From Phycisphaerae bacterium (GTDB lineage Bacteria; Planctomycetota; Phycisphaerae; UBA1845; Fen-1342): a DNA stretch of 64,000 bases. The translations under genes were made by a program, and so were the position numbers. The stretch lies in the NCBI GenBank assembly GCA_050115495.1, contig JASFQK010000020.1, positions 32,001 through 96,000 of the forward strand. Reading direction: 5' to 3'. The notes below the pieces were generated by a model. The model saw only the letters and a list, made by a program, of their open reading frames with translations. It was not told the origin of the DNA and did no database searches. Below, in pieces: positions 25,864-34,763 of this stretch (positions are counted from its first letter, which is position 1; each line of letters opens with the position of its first letter).

Positions 25864-27585
25864 TCAGCCTTCGGCGTCGGGGGTTTCCTCGGCAGGCGGC
25901 GTTTCGTCGGTGGATTCCGCCGGGGGCGTGTAACCCGTGATCTCGCGCAGGTGATCCCGCAGCAGAACGGGCACGCGCAGGTACGGGCTCTGCTCGCGTC
26001 CGTCGGTCGCTTCGTTGATCGTCTGCACGGCGTCGGCCAGGAGGATATCCGCCTCGGCAGGGTTGACCCGCGCCTGAAGCTGGCAGGTCACCGCCAGGCC
26101 GGTCTGGGCGATCCACTTGATGTTGACCGGGGCCTTGGTGATGAGCTTCTCGTAGATGGTGCGGGCGTCGCCCAGAACCTTGATGGCGTTCTCACGAGCT
26201 ACGGCGACCTGTTCCTCGTACGCCGCCGGGTCGAAGCTCGTCCCCGGCCGCATCTCGGTGATCTGCCGCATGTCGGCGATGAGGGCTTCGTTGGCCTCGA
26301 TCCGCTGGGCGTGGATGCGGCCGGTCAACAGGAGTGCTGCGGCCTGGCCACTGTTGCCGACCAGCGGGATCGTCGTGTCGCCCGTCATCATCTTCAGCCG
26401 CTCGTTGAGGCGTTCGGTGTCGCGCTCCGACTGCACCTCGCGGGCCGAACTCTGCCACGCGTCGGCGGCCTGCTGCGCTGCTCTGAACGCGTCGACCGAT
26501 CGGCGGGCGGCCTGCAACGCGGCGTCCTCGGTCTTGGCTGCCGCCACGGCCAGATCGGCCAGCGGCTTGAGCAGCTCCTCTTGCGAGGCCTTCAGCTTGT
26601 CCTGCAACTCGGCGTATTCGCTCTCGCCCTGCTTGGCGGACGTGCCGGCCTGCTCGACGAAGCGGATGTGGTCTTCCAGAGCGGTGGCGGCCGCCGTCAG
26701 CCGGCGGGCTCGCTCCTCAGCGGTGGCCAAGCGACCCTTCAGGGCCTCGAGGCTGACGACCGGCTCGCCGGTGACCTCACCTGCGCTGGGGTCGTCCTCG
26801 GTCCACTGGGCGTTCCGCAGCCCGCCGAGGCTCAGAAGCTGCTCTTCGGCCTCGAGGTCGCGGAGTTGCGCGGAGAGGTCCACGAACCGGTCGCGAAACG
26901 CCGTAAACGACGCGTCGTCGCCGGGCGTGAAACTCTGCTGTTCGAGCGTGCGCAGCTCTTCCTGCAACGACTCCCGCGTGGCGACCACGCCGGCCAGATC
27001 CTGTTCGCGCTGGGCGACTTCGGCGCTCAGCACGGAGACGTTCTCCTGGGCCTCGGTGCCCAGACCACGCATTTCCTCCAGGTCTGTCCGCAACTGGCTG
27101 AGGATCTCGCGCACGTCCAGCCCGGCCAGATAGTCCTGGTTGGCCCGGTAGGTCGCCCACTGCGTCGTGAGCCGCAACAGGCGGGATTGCAACAGGCGCT
27201 GCTCCTGACGAAGCGCCTGGGACTCGGCGAAAAGACCGGAGGCCCGCACGTAGTCAGCCATGCCGGCGACCTGCGGCACGCCCAGCACCGTGGCCCCTTC
27301 TCCGCTACGGGCCTGCTGGGCTTCCTGCGCGGCCCGCTCCAGCAGAGCGTCGTTCTCATGCAACAGGGCGGTGAACTTGGGGTTCTCGGCGCCGGCGGAG
27401 CCCGTGAGCGGGCCCAGATGCGGCAACTGACTGTCGTAGTGACTCAGCAACCGCTGGGCGAGCGCAGCCTGTCGCGAGGCGTCCTCGCCCGCCTTGGCGC
27501 TCGACGACCGCAGATGCGGAGCAACCAGTGCCGCCGCCAGAATGACAAGGCCGATCAAACTGCCGACGAGGATGGGCACTCTCAA
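25864..27585 (-). CDS. Membrane-anchored long coiled-coil hypothetical protein
   Basis: TTG start after GGGAG; N-terminal TM; extended heptad-rich helices. Confidence 0.75.
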   Translation of the reverse strand: MRVPILVGSLIGLVILAAALVAPHLRSSSAKAGEDASRQAALAQRLLSHYDSQLPHLGPLTGSAGAENPKFTALLHENDALLERAAQEAQQARSGEGATVLGVPQVAGMADYVRASGLFAESQALRQEQRLLQSRLLRLTTQWATYRANQDYLAGLDVREILSQLRTDLEEMRGLGTEAQENVSVLSAEVAQREQDLAGVVATRESLQEELRTLEQQSFTPGDDASFTAFRDRFVDLSAQLRDLEAEEQLLSLGGLRNAQWTEDDPSAGEVTGEPVVSLEALKGRLATAEERARRLTAAATALEDHIRFVEQAGTSAKQGESEYAELQDKLKASQEELLKPLADLAVAAAKTEDAALQAARRSVDAFRAAQQAADAWQSSAREVQSERDTERLNERLKMMTGDTTIPLVGNSGQAAALLLTGRIHAQRIEANEALIADMRQITEMRPGTSFDPAAYEEQVAVARENAIKVLGDARTIYEKLITKAPVNIKWIAQTGLAVTCQLQARVNPAEADILLADAVQTINEATDGREQSPYLRVPVLLRDHLREITGYTPPAESTDETPPAEETPDAEG

Positions 27586-27739
27586 GGTGATACTCCCTGT
27601 CTTCGCGCCTCTTCGCCCAAGCCTGCGGTCCCCAGGATACCCGTCCCCCGCGGGTTATCGTGCAAGCGAAACAACCTATTCCGCGCTGTGTAACCGCCCC
27701 CGCGTCCGCTGTCAATCGCCCGTCATCGCCGCCCGCGGC

Positions 27740-28879
27740 CTACGGCTGCGACGGCTCGTCCACGGCCGGCTCAGCCAGGGCGCGGGCCGCCAGCGCCTCC
27801 CATTCTCCGGTCTCGGTCGACCCCGCCAGCCGGCCCCGGCGATCCAGGACGAAGACGCGCGGCACCCGGGTCACGCCCCACTGCCGGGCGAACCCGTTCG
27901 CCGGCCCCAGCCCGTCCTTATACTGCGGCCACGACAGGCCGAGATCGCGGCAGGCCGCGTCCATGTCCTCCCGGCGGATGTCCAGGTTGACGCCGACCAC
28001 GGCCAGTTCCGGGTGCGATTGGCGGTAGGCCTCGACCTGCGCGGCCCGCTCACGGGCTTCGGCGACCCAGTTGCTCCAAACGACGATCAGGACGGGCCGG
28101 CCGACCCACTCGCGGGTATCGATCTGCGAGCCGTCGGACTGTTCGAACGTCAGCCAGAACGGGTGCCCCACCGTTCGCTCACGCCGCCATTGCGCTTCGA
28201 GCGCAGCCGTCAGCGCATGGTCCGGGAAATTCCTCACCAGCAGGGCTGCCAGCGTCGCCATCTGCTCGCGGCCGCCGGCGCGGGTGGCGTCGTCGAACAG
28301 CGTGGCCGCCATGGCGGGAACGCGAGGGCTGCGCGGGTAGCGGTCGATGTAGGCGCGGTACGCCGCCAGGAGATCGCTGTCGGGGCCGGCGGCGGGATCG
28401 GGCACGGGCTGCGTGGCGGCGGCGGCACGCTCCAGTCGCTGACAGAGGATGTCCCAGTACGCCGCCTCCCATTCCACCGGGTCTTCCGGGCGGGAGACGC
28501 TCAGGTGCTCGTTGAGCCGCCGCCGGAGCGCGGCGTAGCTCCCGCCCCGGAGTGAGCCGAGTTCGAACAGCGCGGTTAATTCGAGGCGCACGGCTTCGAC
28601 GCGGTGCCGCCCGCCGGGGTAGAGCGTGAGATACGTCCGCAGCTTCTCCGCCAGCGCTTCGTGTTTTCGCTTGTTCTGCTGGAACCACGCGGCGTAGGGC
28701 TGGGTAGTGGTGGGCTCGCCGACGAGCGTGAGCGCCTCCTGCCAGAGCGCTTCCTCGGGCGACAGCGGCGCAGAGGAGGTGGTGGGCGGGTCGCCGTCGG
28801 GCGGTGCGGCGACGGGGCCCGCCGTCGGCACCAGGCCACAGCACACCAGGACCGCTAATGTCGTTATCCGGATCAGCAC
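27740..28879 (-). CDS. Exported TlpA/redoxin-fold protein lacking CxxC
   Basis: C-terminal DGSQIDTREWVGRPVLIVVWSNWVAEA...VVGVNLD...WGVTRVPRVFVLDRRG. Start uncertain (GTG 28879). Confidence 0.75.
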   Translation of the reverse strand: MLIRITTLAVLVCCGLVPTAGPVAAPPDGDPPTTSSAPLSPEEALWQEALTLVGEPTTTQPYAAWFQQNKRKHEALAEKLRTYLTLYPGGRHRVEAVRLELTALFELGSLRGGSYAALRRRLNEHLSVSRPEDPVEWEAAYWDILCQRLERAAAATQPVPDPAAGPDSDLLAAYRAYIDRYPRSPRVPAMAATLFDDATRAGGREQMATLAALLVRNFPDHALTAALEAQWRRERTVGHPFWLTFEQSDGSQIDTREWVGRPVLIVVWSNWVAEARERAAQVEAYRQSHPELAVVGVNLDIRREDMDAACRDLGLSWPQYKDGLGPANGFARQWGVTRVPRVFVLDRRGRLAGSTETGEWEALAARALAEPAVDEPSQP

Positions 28880-28959
28880 GAGGGCGTATCCTAAGGCATC
28901 CGGCGACAGAGTGTAGCGGTTGGGGACGCGCGTGGTGCAGGTCAGGGTGGTGCATAGAC

Positions 28960-28985
28960 GGGATACGTTTCCGGAAACGTATCCC
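28960..28985. promoter_or_regulatory. Perfect 26-bp palindrome (candidate operator)
   Basis: GGGATACGTTTCC|GGAAACGTATCCC between divergent genes. Confidence 0.8.
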
Positions 28986-28994
28986 AACTTGCGC

Positions 28995-29023
28995 TTGACA
29001 CAGGTTTCGTCCCGTGCTAAGCT
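28995..29023 (+). promoter_or_regulatory. Sigma70-type promoter
   Basis: TTGACA-17 bp-TAAGCT with a TGn extension, upstream of GAGGAG SD and ATG 29053. Confidence 0.75.
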
Positions 29024-29052
29024 CGCACCCAGGAGCGATGAGGAGGAGTTGA

Positions 29053-30294
29053 ATGCCCACGAGTGGAGGACAGACCTCCTTCCAGGCGGAGACACGCAAC
29101 GTAATCAGCGGCGTACGCCGCGCTTACGCCGACGTGGTCAGCCATCTACCGGTGTCCCCCGCCCGGACCTGCGACCTGCACAAGGTCCTCCACATCGACC
29201 GAAAACTCGGCTGGAAAATCGCCAAAGTGCTCGGGGAAGAGGACCTGCTACTGGCGGCTCAGCACATGCCGGGGGTCGCCGCCGTCCAGGGCTTCCTCGA
29301 CGCCGCCGCCGCCAGGGGCGTTCCGACCGACGTCATCGCAACGGCGAAGCAGGCCGGAGAGGAATTCCAGCGTCTCGTCGCGACCCACGCCGACCAGCGG
29401 GCCTCCTTCGACCGCATGCTGCTCGGTTGCTCGCCGAGCAAGAGCGAGCAATTGGGTCTGACGCATCGCAAGGCGGCGGTGGCGGCCAACAGCTTCATCT
29501 GGGGCATCCGGGCGCGGACGCAGCTTGCCGGGTATTTCCTGGCGGCGTCGGCGGACGGATCGAAGGTTGATATCGCCGGCGTGCGCGGCTTCGACGCGTT
29601 TCGCCTGCTGCGGCCGAACACGCCATGGGTCATTGCCCGCGTCGGGCACTTCCATGACAACCGGGAGGAAAGCGACCCCTACCGCCCCGAGCCGCTGGGC
29701 GACGTCGACCCGGAGCGGCCGGACCTGGCGGACGTGCCGCTGCTGACGGAGTTTTGCTCGAAGCCGTCGCCGAAGATCCGGCAGGTCTGCGCCCCGGACG
29801 GCTGCTATGAATACGAGTTGGTGGATGTGCCGGTCGGTAACAAGGGGGCCCAGACATGCGTCATGGGCGAGGTATCCCGCGCCGTGGGCACGCGCTATCG
29901 CGACGAGGACAACGAGTACGCGAAGTTCATCGCTCGGCTGCGCACGCCCGTGGACACGTTCCTGATGGATCTGTTCATACCCGCGAACCTGTTCGGCCCG
30001 CTGCAACCCGAACTGCTGATGTACAGCGACCTGAACAGCGCCAGCAGCGCCGGCGATGCCGAGCGTCAGCCGCGCGAGCTGATGGAGACGGCGGAGACCG
30101 TGCGGCACCTGGGCCGCGGCGTGGCGACGGCCTACACGCCGACGGTGCCCGGCTACGCCGACCTGGTCGGGTTCGTGTTCCGGCGGCTGAGGTGGGAGCC
30201 GACCGTGTATGACCATTATCGCGTACGCCTGGAGTTTCCGGCGATTCCGACGACGGTGAAGGTGCGCTTCCCGTTGCCGGCACGCCCGAGTTGA
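29053..30294 (+). CDS. Hypothetical protein with possible N-terminal helix-turn-helix (putative regulator)
   Basis: Strong SD; 413 aa; TCDLHKVLHIDRKLGWKIAK resembles an HTH; no signal peptide or TM. Confidence 0.75.
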   Translation: MPTSGGQTSFQAETRNVISGVRRAYADVVSHLPVSPARTCDLHKVLHIDRKLGWKIAKVLGEEDLLLAAQHMPGVAAVQGFLDAAAARGVPTDVIATAKQAGEEFQRLVATHADQRASFDRMLLGCSPSKSEQLGLTHRKAAVAANSFIWGIRARTQLAGYFLAASADGSKVDIAGVRGFDAFRLLRPNTPWVIARVGHFHDNREESDPYRPEPLGDVDPERPDLADVPLLTEFCSKPSPKIRQVCAPDGCYEYELVDVPVGNKGAQTCVMGEVSRAVGTRYRDEDNEYAKFIARLRTPVDTFLMDLFIPANLFGPLQPELLMYSDLNSASSAGDAERQPRELMETAETVRHLGRGVATAYTPTVPGYADLVGFVFRRLRWEPTVYDHYRVRLEFPAIPTTVKVRFPLPARPS

Positions 30295-30385
30295 GGAGGT
30301 CAGCCCGTCGCGTGACGGGCAGGAATGAGCCGCATGAGTGGTACGTAGCAGGCTCCGCGCAGGAGTCGGGAGACGGAGGAAGAGA

Positions 30386-31111
30386 ATGAGCACCCAACGT
30401 GTATGCGGAACGGTAGTAGTGCTGTTGGTGACGGGCGCGCTGGCTGGGCAGGCCATGGCGAACGCGGTCTTCAACTACACGTCCCACGAGCGCTATCCCT
30501 ACTACGAAGGCAATGTCAACAACGGAGGTTACGACGAGAACTGGGACGAATACAACGGCAGCACCGGACCCTGGACCGTCGACATCGCCGGCGGGCCGGC
30601 GTTCGAGGATTACTTCATTGACACGGCCACCGGAATGCAGAGCAACATCGGCACCGACGAGATCACTTACACGGGCTACGCCTCAATGGACTGGGACGTC
30701 GGCCCGTACGAGTGGAGCTGGCCGGATACCTTCGCTGGCGTCGCCTCGCGCATGTACATCAAGTTCACCGTGGATGAACCGCTGACCCTCGAACTCACCT
30801 ACGACGTCGGCACGGAAGTGCCCACGGGTGATGATTGTCAGGTGTACTCCAACGTGCGCCTGCACGACCTGACCGAGGGTGTGACCCTGTTCAACTACGG
30901 GGTCGGCTCCGGCGCCGGCACGACGACCGTTAACGTTGAGCCCGGCCGGACGTACTGGTACATCTGCAAGAACGATCTGGCGCTGGGCACGGACGACGAT
31001 CCGGCGTCGGGCTACTGGCGAGACGACGTCACTGCCACGTTGACCATCGTGCCCGAGCCGGGTGCGCTGGGCCTGCTGCTGGTGGCGGCGGCGGCGCTGC
31101 GTCGCCGGTAG
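30386..31111 (+). CDS. PEP-CTERM sorting domain protein
   Basis: GGAGG SD, signal peptide, acidic Thr/Tyr-rich body, C-terminal VPEPGALGLLLVAAAALRRR. Confidence 0.9.
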   Translation: MSTQRVCGTVVVLLVTGALAGQAMANAVFNYTSHERYPYYEGNVNNGGYDENWDEYNGSTGPWTVDIAGGPAFEDYFIDTATGMQSNIGTDEITYTGYASMDWDVGPYEWSWPDTFAGVASRMYIKFTVDEPLTLELTYDVGTEVPTGDDCQVYSNVRLHDLTEGVTLFNYGVGSGAGTTTVNVEPGRTYWYICKNDLALGTDDDPASGYWRDDVTATLTIVPEPGALGLLLVAAAALRRR

Positions 31112-31147
31112 TTCCGGACTGATTGGATAGGAATTGGCGCAATACTG

Positions 31148-31184
31148 AGCGCGGGAGGCGCTCGCCCGGACCGCCTCCCGCGCT
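31148..31184 (+). terminator. 13-bp stem-loop after the PEP-CTERM gene
   Basis: AGCGCGGGAGGCG / CGCCTCCCGCGCT with an 11-nt loop; weak U tail. Confidence 0.5.
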
Positions 31185-31225
31185 TGACCTTCCGGGATCT
31201 TATGGTATAATGGCCATATAGCCAT
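31184..31225 (+). promoter_or_regulatory. Promoter and candidate ArsR operator
   Basis: TTGACC-16 bp-TATAAT (31206-31211, TGn extended). Palindrome ATGGC-CATATA-GCCAT (31210-31225) overlaps the -10 end and the start codon. Confidence 0.7.
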
Positions 31226-31565
31226 GAAACTAAAGGTCGTCAGACCGCGACATTCACGAGAACGTTACGAAGCCCGGGCGCAGATTGCCAAGGCGCTGGC
31301 CCATCCGAGCCGGCTGCTGATGCTCGACGCCCTGGCCGACGGTGAGTTGTGCGTCTGCGAGTTGACGGCCCTGGTCGGTGCGGACCAGTCGACGGTGTCG
31401 AAGCACTTGGCGGTGCTGCGGCAGGCTGGGCTGGTCGCCGATCGAAAGGAAGGCACGCAGACGTTCTGCCGCGTGAAGGTCACCTGCCTGCAAGGATTCT
31501 GGGAGTGTGTCGAGTCGGTGCTGAAGGAAAACCTGAGAGTGCAGGCGGCGGCGATGCAGGAGTAG
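31224..31565 (+). CDS. arsR: ArsR/SmtB family metalloregulator
   Basis: KALAHPSRL, ELCVCEL, QSTVSKHLAVLRQAGLV. Confidence 0.92.
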   Translation: MKLKVVRPRHSRERYEARAQIAKALAHPSRLLMLDALADGELCVCELTALVGADQSTVSKHLAVLRQAGLVADRKEGTQTFCRVKVTCLQGFWECVESVLKENLRVQAAAMQE

Positions 31566-31615
31566 CGCCCGCCGGCCGCACTCGTTTTTTTGCCTTCATT
31601 CATGGCGTCGTGACC

Positions 31616-32818
31616 ATGAAGCAATGGAGTCCGCGCGTTCGCACGCTGGCCCTGCTGGGCGTGATGATCGGGGTGTTCGGGCTGGCGTACTCGTTGCCGG
31701 TTGGCGACCTGCCGGCGGATAGCTGGCTAGTCGCCGCCGGCCGCGAGTCGTTGCTGATGCTGCAGGACTACGCCCGGCACCATGTGCTGCTCTGCCTGGT
31801 GCCGGCGCTGTTCATCGCCGGCGCGATCTCATGCTTCGTGTCGCAGGCGGCGGTGATGAAGTACTTCGGGGCGCGGGCGCACAAGGCCGTCGCCTACAGC
31901 GCGGCGGCCGTGTCGGGAACGGTGCTGGCGGCCTGCTCGTGCACGATCTTGCCGCTGTTCGCGGGCATCTACACGCGCGGGGCGGGGCTCGGGCCGGCAA
32001 CGGCGTTCCTCTATTCGGGGCCGGCGATCAACGTGCTGGCCATCGTCCTGACAGCCCGGGTACTGGGCTGGCAGCTCGGACTGGCCCGGGCCATCGGGGC
32101 GGTCGTGTTCAGCGTCGTCATCGGCCTGCTGATGCACCTGATCTATCGCAAGGAAGAGGCTGCCCGGCAGACCACCGGCGATTTCGTCATGCCGCAGGAA
32201 ACGACGCGGCGGGCGCTGTGGCAGGATGGCCTGTACTTCGCGGCGATGATCGGCGTGCTGGTCTTCGCCAACTGGGGCAAGCTCGGGGAGAGCGGCCTAG
32301 CAGCGGTGATTGCGTCCGCGAAATGGTACGTCGCGGGAGCGTCGCTCATCGCATTGCTGGTGATGGTCGCGGCATGGTTCACGCGGGATGAGCTGCGCGA
32401 ATGGGTGGCCAGCACGTGGACGTTCGCGCGGCAGATTCTGCCGCTGCTGTTCGTGGGCGTGCTGGTCGCGGGGCTGTTGCTCGGCCGACCGGGGCATCCG
32501 GCGCTGATACCGGAGTCGTGGATCGCCGGCGCGGTGGGCGGGAACGGCGCGGGAGCGAACCTGTTCGCGGCGGTGGCGGGTGCATTCATGTATTTCGCGA
32601 CGCTTACGGAGGTGCCGATCCTGCAAGGGTTGCTCGGGGCGGGGATGGGGCGCGGGCCGGCGCTGGCGTTGCTGCTCGCGGGACCGGCGCTGTCGCTGCC
32701 GAGCATGCTGGTCATTCGTTCGGTGATGGGGACGCAGAAGACGATCGTGTACGTGATGCTGGTGGTGGCTCTGTCGACGGTGGCGGGCCTGGTCTATGGC
32801 ACGATTGGCGGTGGTTAG
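31616..32818 (+). CDS. ArsP/DUF318 family permease
   Basis: LCLVPALFIAGAI, ACSCTILPLF, FLYSGPAIN, YFATLTEVP, GPALSLP. Confidence 0.9.
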   Translation: MKQWSPRVRTLALLGVMIGVFGLAYSLPVGDLPADSWLVAAGRESLLMLQDYARHHVLLCLVPALFIAGAISCFVSQAAVMKYFGARAHKAVAYSAAAVSGTVLAACSCTILPLFAGIYTRGAGLGPATAFLYSGPAINVLAIVLTARVLGWQLGLARAIGAVVFSVVIGLLMHLIYRKEEAARQTTGDFVMPQETTRRALWQDGLYFAAMIGVLVFANWGKLGESGLAAVIASAKWYVAGASLIALLVMVAAWFTRDELREWVASTWTFARQILPLLFVGVLVAGLLLGRPGHPALIPESWIAGAVGGNGAGANLFAAVAGAFMYFATLTEVPILQGLLGAGMGRGPALALLLAGPALSLPSMLVIRSVMGTQKTIVYVMLVVALSTVAGLVYGTIGGG

Positions 32819-32820
32819 AC

Positions 32821-32908
32821 CGCTGGAAAAGGGGACAGGTACCTCGCCACACGGGATGCACGAAGCGGTCTGGACTCTCGGGCTCGGAGCCAGTCCCCTT
32901 TTCCAGCG
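32821..32908. repeat. REP/MITE-like palindromic element with 16-bp perfect terminal inverted repeats
   Basis: CGCTGGAAAAGGGGAC ... GTCCCCTTTTCCAGCG; imperfect pairing continues inward. Confidence 0.75.
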
Positions 32909-32941
32909 ACCGGCGTGACCGACGGTTGAGGAGTATCGGCG

Positions 32942-33184
32942 GTGAAGATCGAAGTTCTGGGAACCGGTTGTGCCAAGTGCAACGCGCTCGAGGCGGCGGT
33001 GCGGCAAGCCGCCGACAAGCTCGGGCTCGACTACGAATTGGAGCACGTGAAGGAAATCGCCCGGTTCGCCGCATACGGCGTGATGATCACGCCGGCGCTG
33101 GTGATCGACGGGAAGGTCCAGGTGGCGGGCAAGGTCCCCGGCGAAGCCGACTTGACGCGGATGCTGCAAGCGGCGGCGGACTGA
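32942..33184 (+). CDS. Small redox-active disulfide (thioredoxin-like, MTH895-type) protein
   Basis: MKIEVLGTGCAKC...YGVMITPALVIDG; GAGGAG SD. Confidence 0.9.
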   Translation: MKIEVLGTGCAKCNALEAAVRQAADKLGLDYELEHVKEIARFAAYGVMITPALVIDGKVQVAGKVPGEADLTRMLQAAAD

Positions 33185-33212
33185 GCCGAACGGCGAGAAA
33201 GCGAGGTTGGTC

Positions 33213-33590
33213 ATGGGCAATGGATGCGGTGGCAGTGGTTGTGGCGGCGAGACGTTGATCTTCACCTGTGCGGGTGCGGCCCACTCGGGGCAGGTGGCGA
33301 ACCGGGCGGGGATCGGCCTGATGCAGGAGGGTTGCGGCAGCCTGTTCTGTGCGGCGGCGGTCGGGGCCGACATCCCGGACAAGATGAGCCGAGCGCGAGC
33401 CGCCGGCAAGCGCGTGGTGATCGACGGATGCGAGGAACACTGCGCCCGCAAGATCCTGGAGAAGGCCGGACTGGCGGTGGACGTGCACGTGGACGTGACG
33501 GAACTCGGCGTCGAGAAGAAGCCAGCGGAACCATCGCTGATCAACGATGCGAAGCGCGTCGTGACGCACATGGAGACGCTGCTGGCCTGA
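33213..33590 (+). CDS. DGC-domain putative zinc-binding protein
   Basis: IFTCAGAA..GQVAN, LFCAAAVG, VIDGCEEHCARK. Confidence 0.88.
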   Translation: MGNGCGGSGCGGETLIFTCAGAAHSGQVANRAGIGLMQEGCGSLFCAAAVGADIPDKMSRARAAGKRVVIDGCEEHCARKILEKAGLAVDVHVDVTELGVEKKPAEPSLINDAKRVVTHMETLLA

Positions 33591-33630
33591 ACGTGAGCCG
33601 GCGCGGTCGCCAATCGCCAGGAGAACAGTC

Positions 33631-34026
33631 TTGAGCAAGCGCAACATCGCCGACGTGGCCGCCCTGCTGGTGGTGGCGGCGGTCCTCGCCGGCGCGGCAT
33701 GGTACCGGACACAGCGCAGCGGCATGCCGACGACGAGGCCTGCGCCGCGGCTGCCGCGGCTGGTGGATCTCGGCGCCGACAAGTGCGTCCCCTGCAAGCT
33801 GCTGGCGCCCATCCTGGCCGAGCTGAAGACGGAATACGAAGGCCGGCTCGTGGTCGAGTTCATCGACACCTGGAAGAACCCGGAGGCCCAGGCCCCCTAC
33901 GACATCCGGGTGATTCCGACGCAGATCCTCTACGACGCCAACGGGCAGGAGGTATGGCGGAACGAGGGGTTCATCTCGAAGGAAGACCTCGTCGCAATCC
34001 TCGCCAAGAAGGTGGGGTTGAAGTAG
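33631..34026 (+). CDS. Membrane-anchored thioredoxin family protein
   Basis: N-terminal TM, LVDLGADKCVPCK, IRVIPTQ. Confidence 0.88.
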   Translation: MSKRNIADVAALLVVAAVLAGAAWYRTQRSGMPTTRPAPRLPRLVDLGADKCVPCKLLAPILAELKTEYEGRLVVEFIDTWKNPEAQAPYDIRVIPTQILYDANGQEVWRNEGFISKEDLVAILAKKVGLK

Positions 34027-34716
34027 GTGTTCGACGCCCTGTCGCAGCAACTCGCCGAAGCGATACAGGCCAACCTGTGGCTGGCGCCGCTGGCGGCGTT
34101 TGCCGGGGGGTTGCTGACGGCGGCGAATCCGTGCGTGCTGGCGATGGTGCCGCTGATGGTGGCCTACGTCGCCGGCCAGGGCGCGCAGAGTAAGCGGCAC
34201 GTGGCTTACTCATTCCTGTTGTCGCTGATGTTCTCGATCGGGCTGACGATCACGTTCGGCGTGATGTTCCTGGCGACGTGGGCGGCCAGCTCCGTGTTGC
34301 AGGCGTCGTGGTGGTCGTACATCGCCGGCGCGGTCTGCCTGCTGATGGGACTGCACCTGCTCGGCGTATTGCACGTCCGCATACCGGCGCCGGCGGGTGT
34401 GCGGCCGGCGCAGAAGGGCTTCGTCGGAGCGCTGCTGCTGGGGCTGCTGTTCGGGCTGGTATCGCTGCCGTGCGCGGGGCCGGTGCTGATGGTGCTGCTG
34501 GCAATCGTGCCGCTGCATGGCATGGCCCTGGGGGCGGTGCTGCTGGCGGCGTACAGCCTGGGGCACTGCGGTTTGATTCTGGTGGGCGGGACGTCGATGG
34601 GACTGGTGCAGCGGATGGCCGACTCGCGCGATTGGCAGCGAGGGACGGACGTGCTGCGTCGCGTCGCGGGGCTGCTCATCATCGCGGTCGGGCTGTGGGT
34701 GCTGTTCTTCGAATAA
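34027..34716 (+). CDS. ccdA: CcdA/DsbD-beta type transmembrane disulfide reductase
   Basis: Two conserved Cys motifs ([17 protein letters not shown]); about 6 TM. Confidence 0.88.
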   Translation: MFDALSQQLAEAIQANLWLAPLAAFAGGLLTAANPCVLAMVPLMVAYVAGQGAQSKRHVAYSFLLSLMFSIGLTITFGVMFLATWAASSVLQASWWSYIAGAVCLLMGLHLLGVLHVRIPAPAGVRPAQKGFVGALLLGLLFGLVSLPCAGPVLMVLLAIVPLHGMALGAVLLAAYSLGHCGLILVGGTSMGLVQRMADSRDWQRGTDVLRRVAGLLIIAVGLWVLFFE

Positions 34717-34763
34717 TTGGCGGCGAGTGTGCTGTCGGTCCATCCAGGGCCAAGGAGGTCGTC

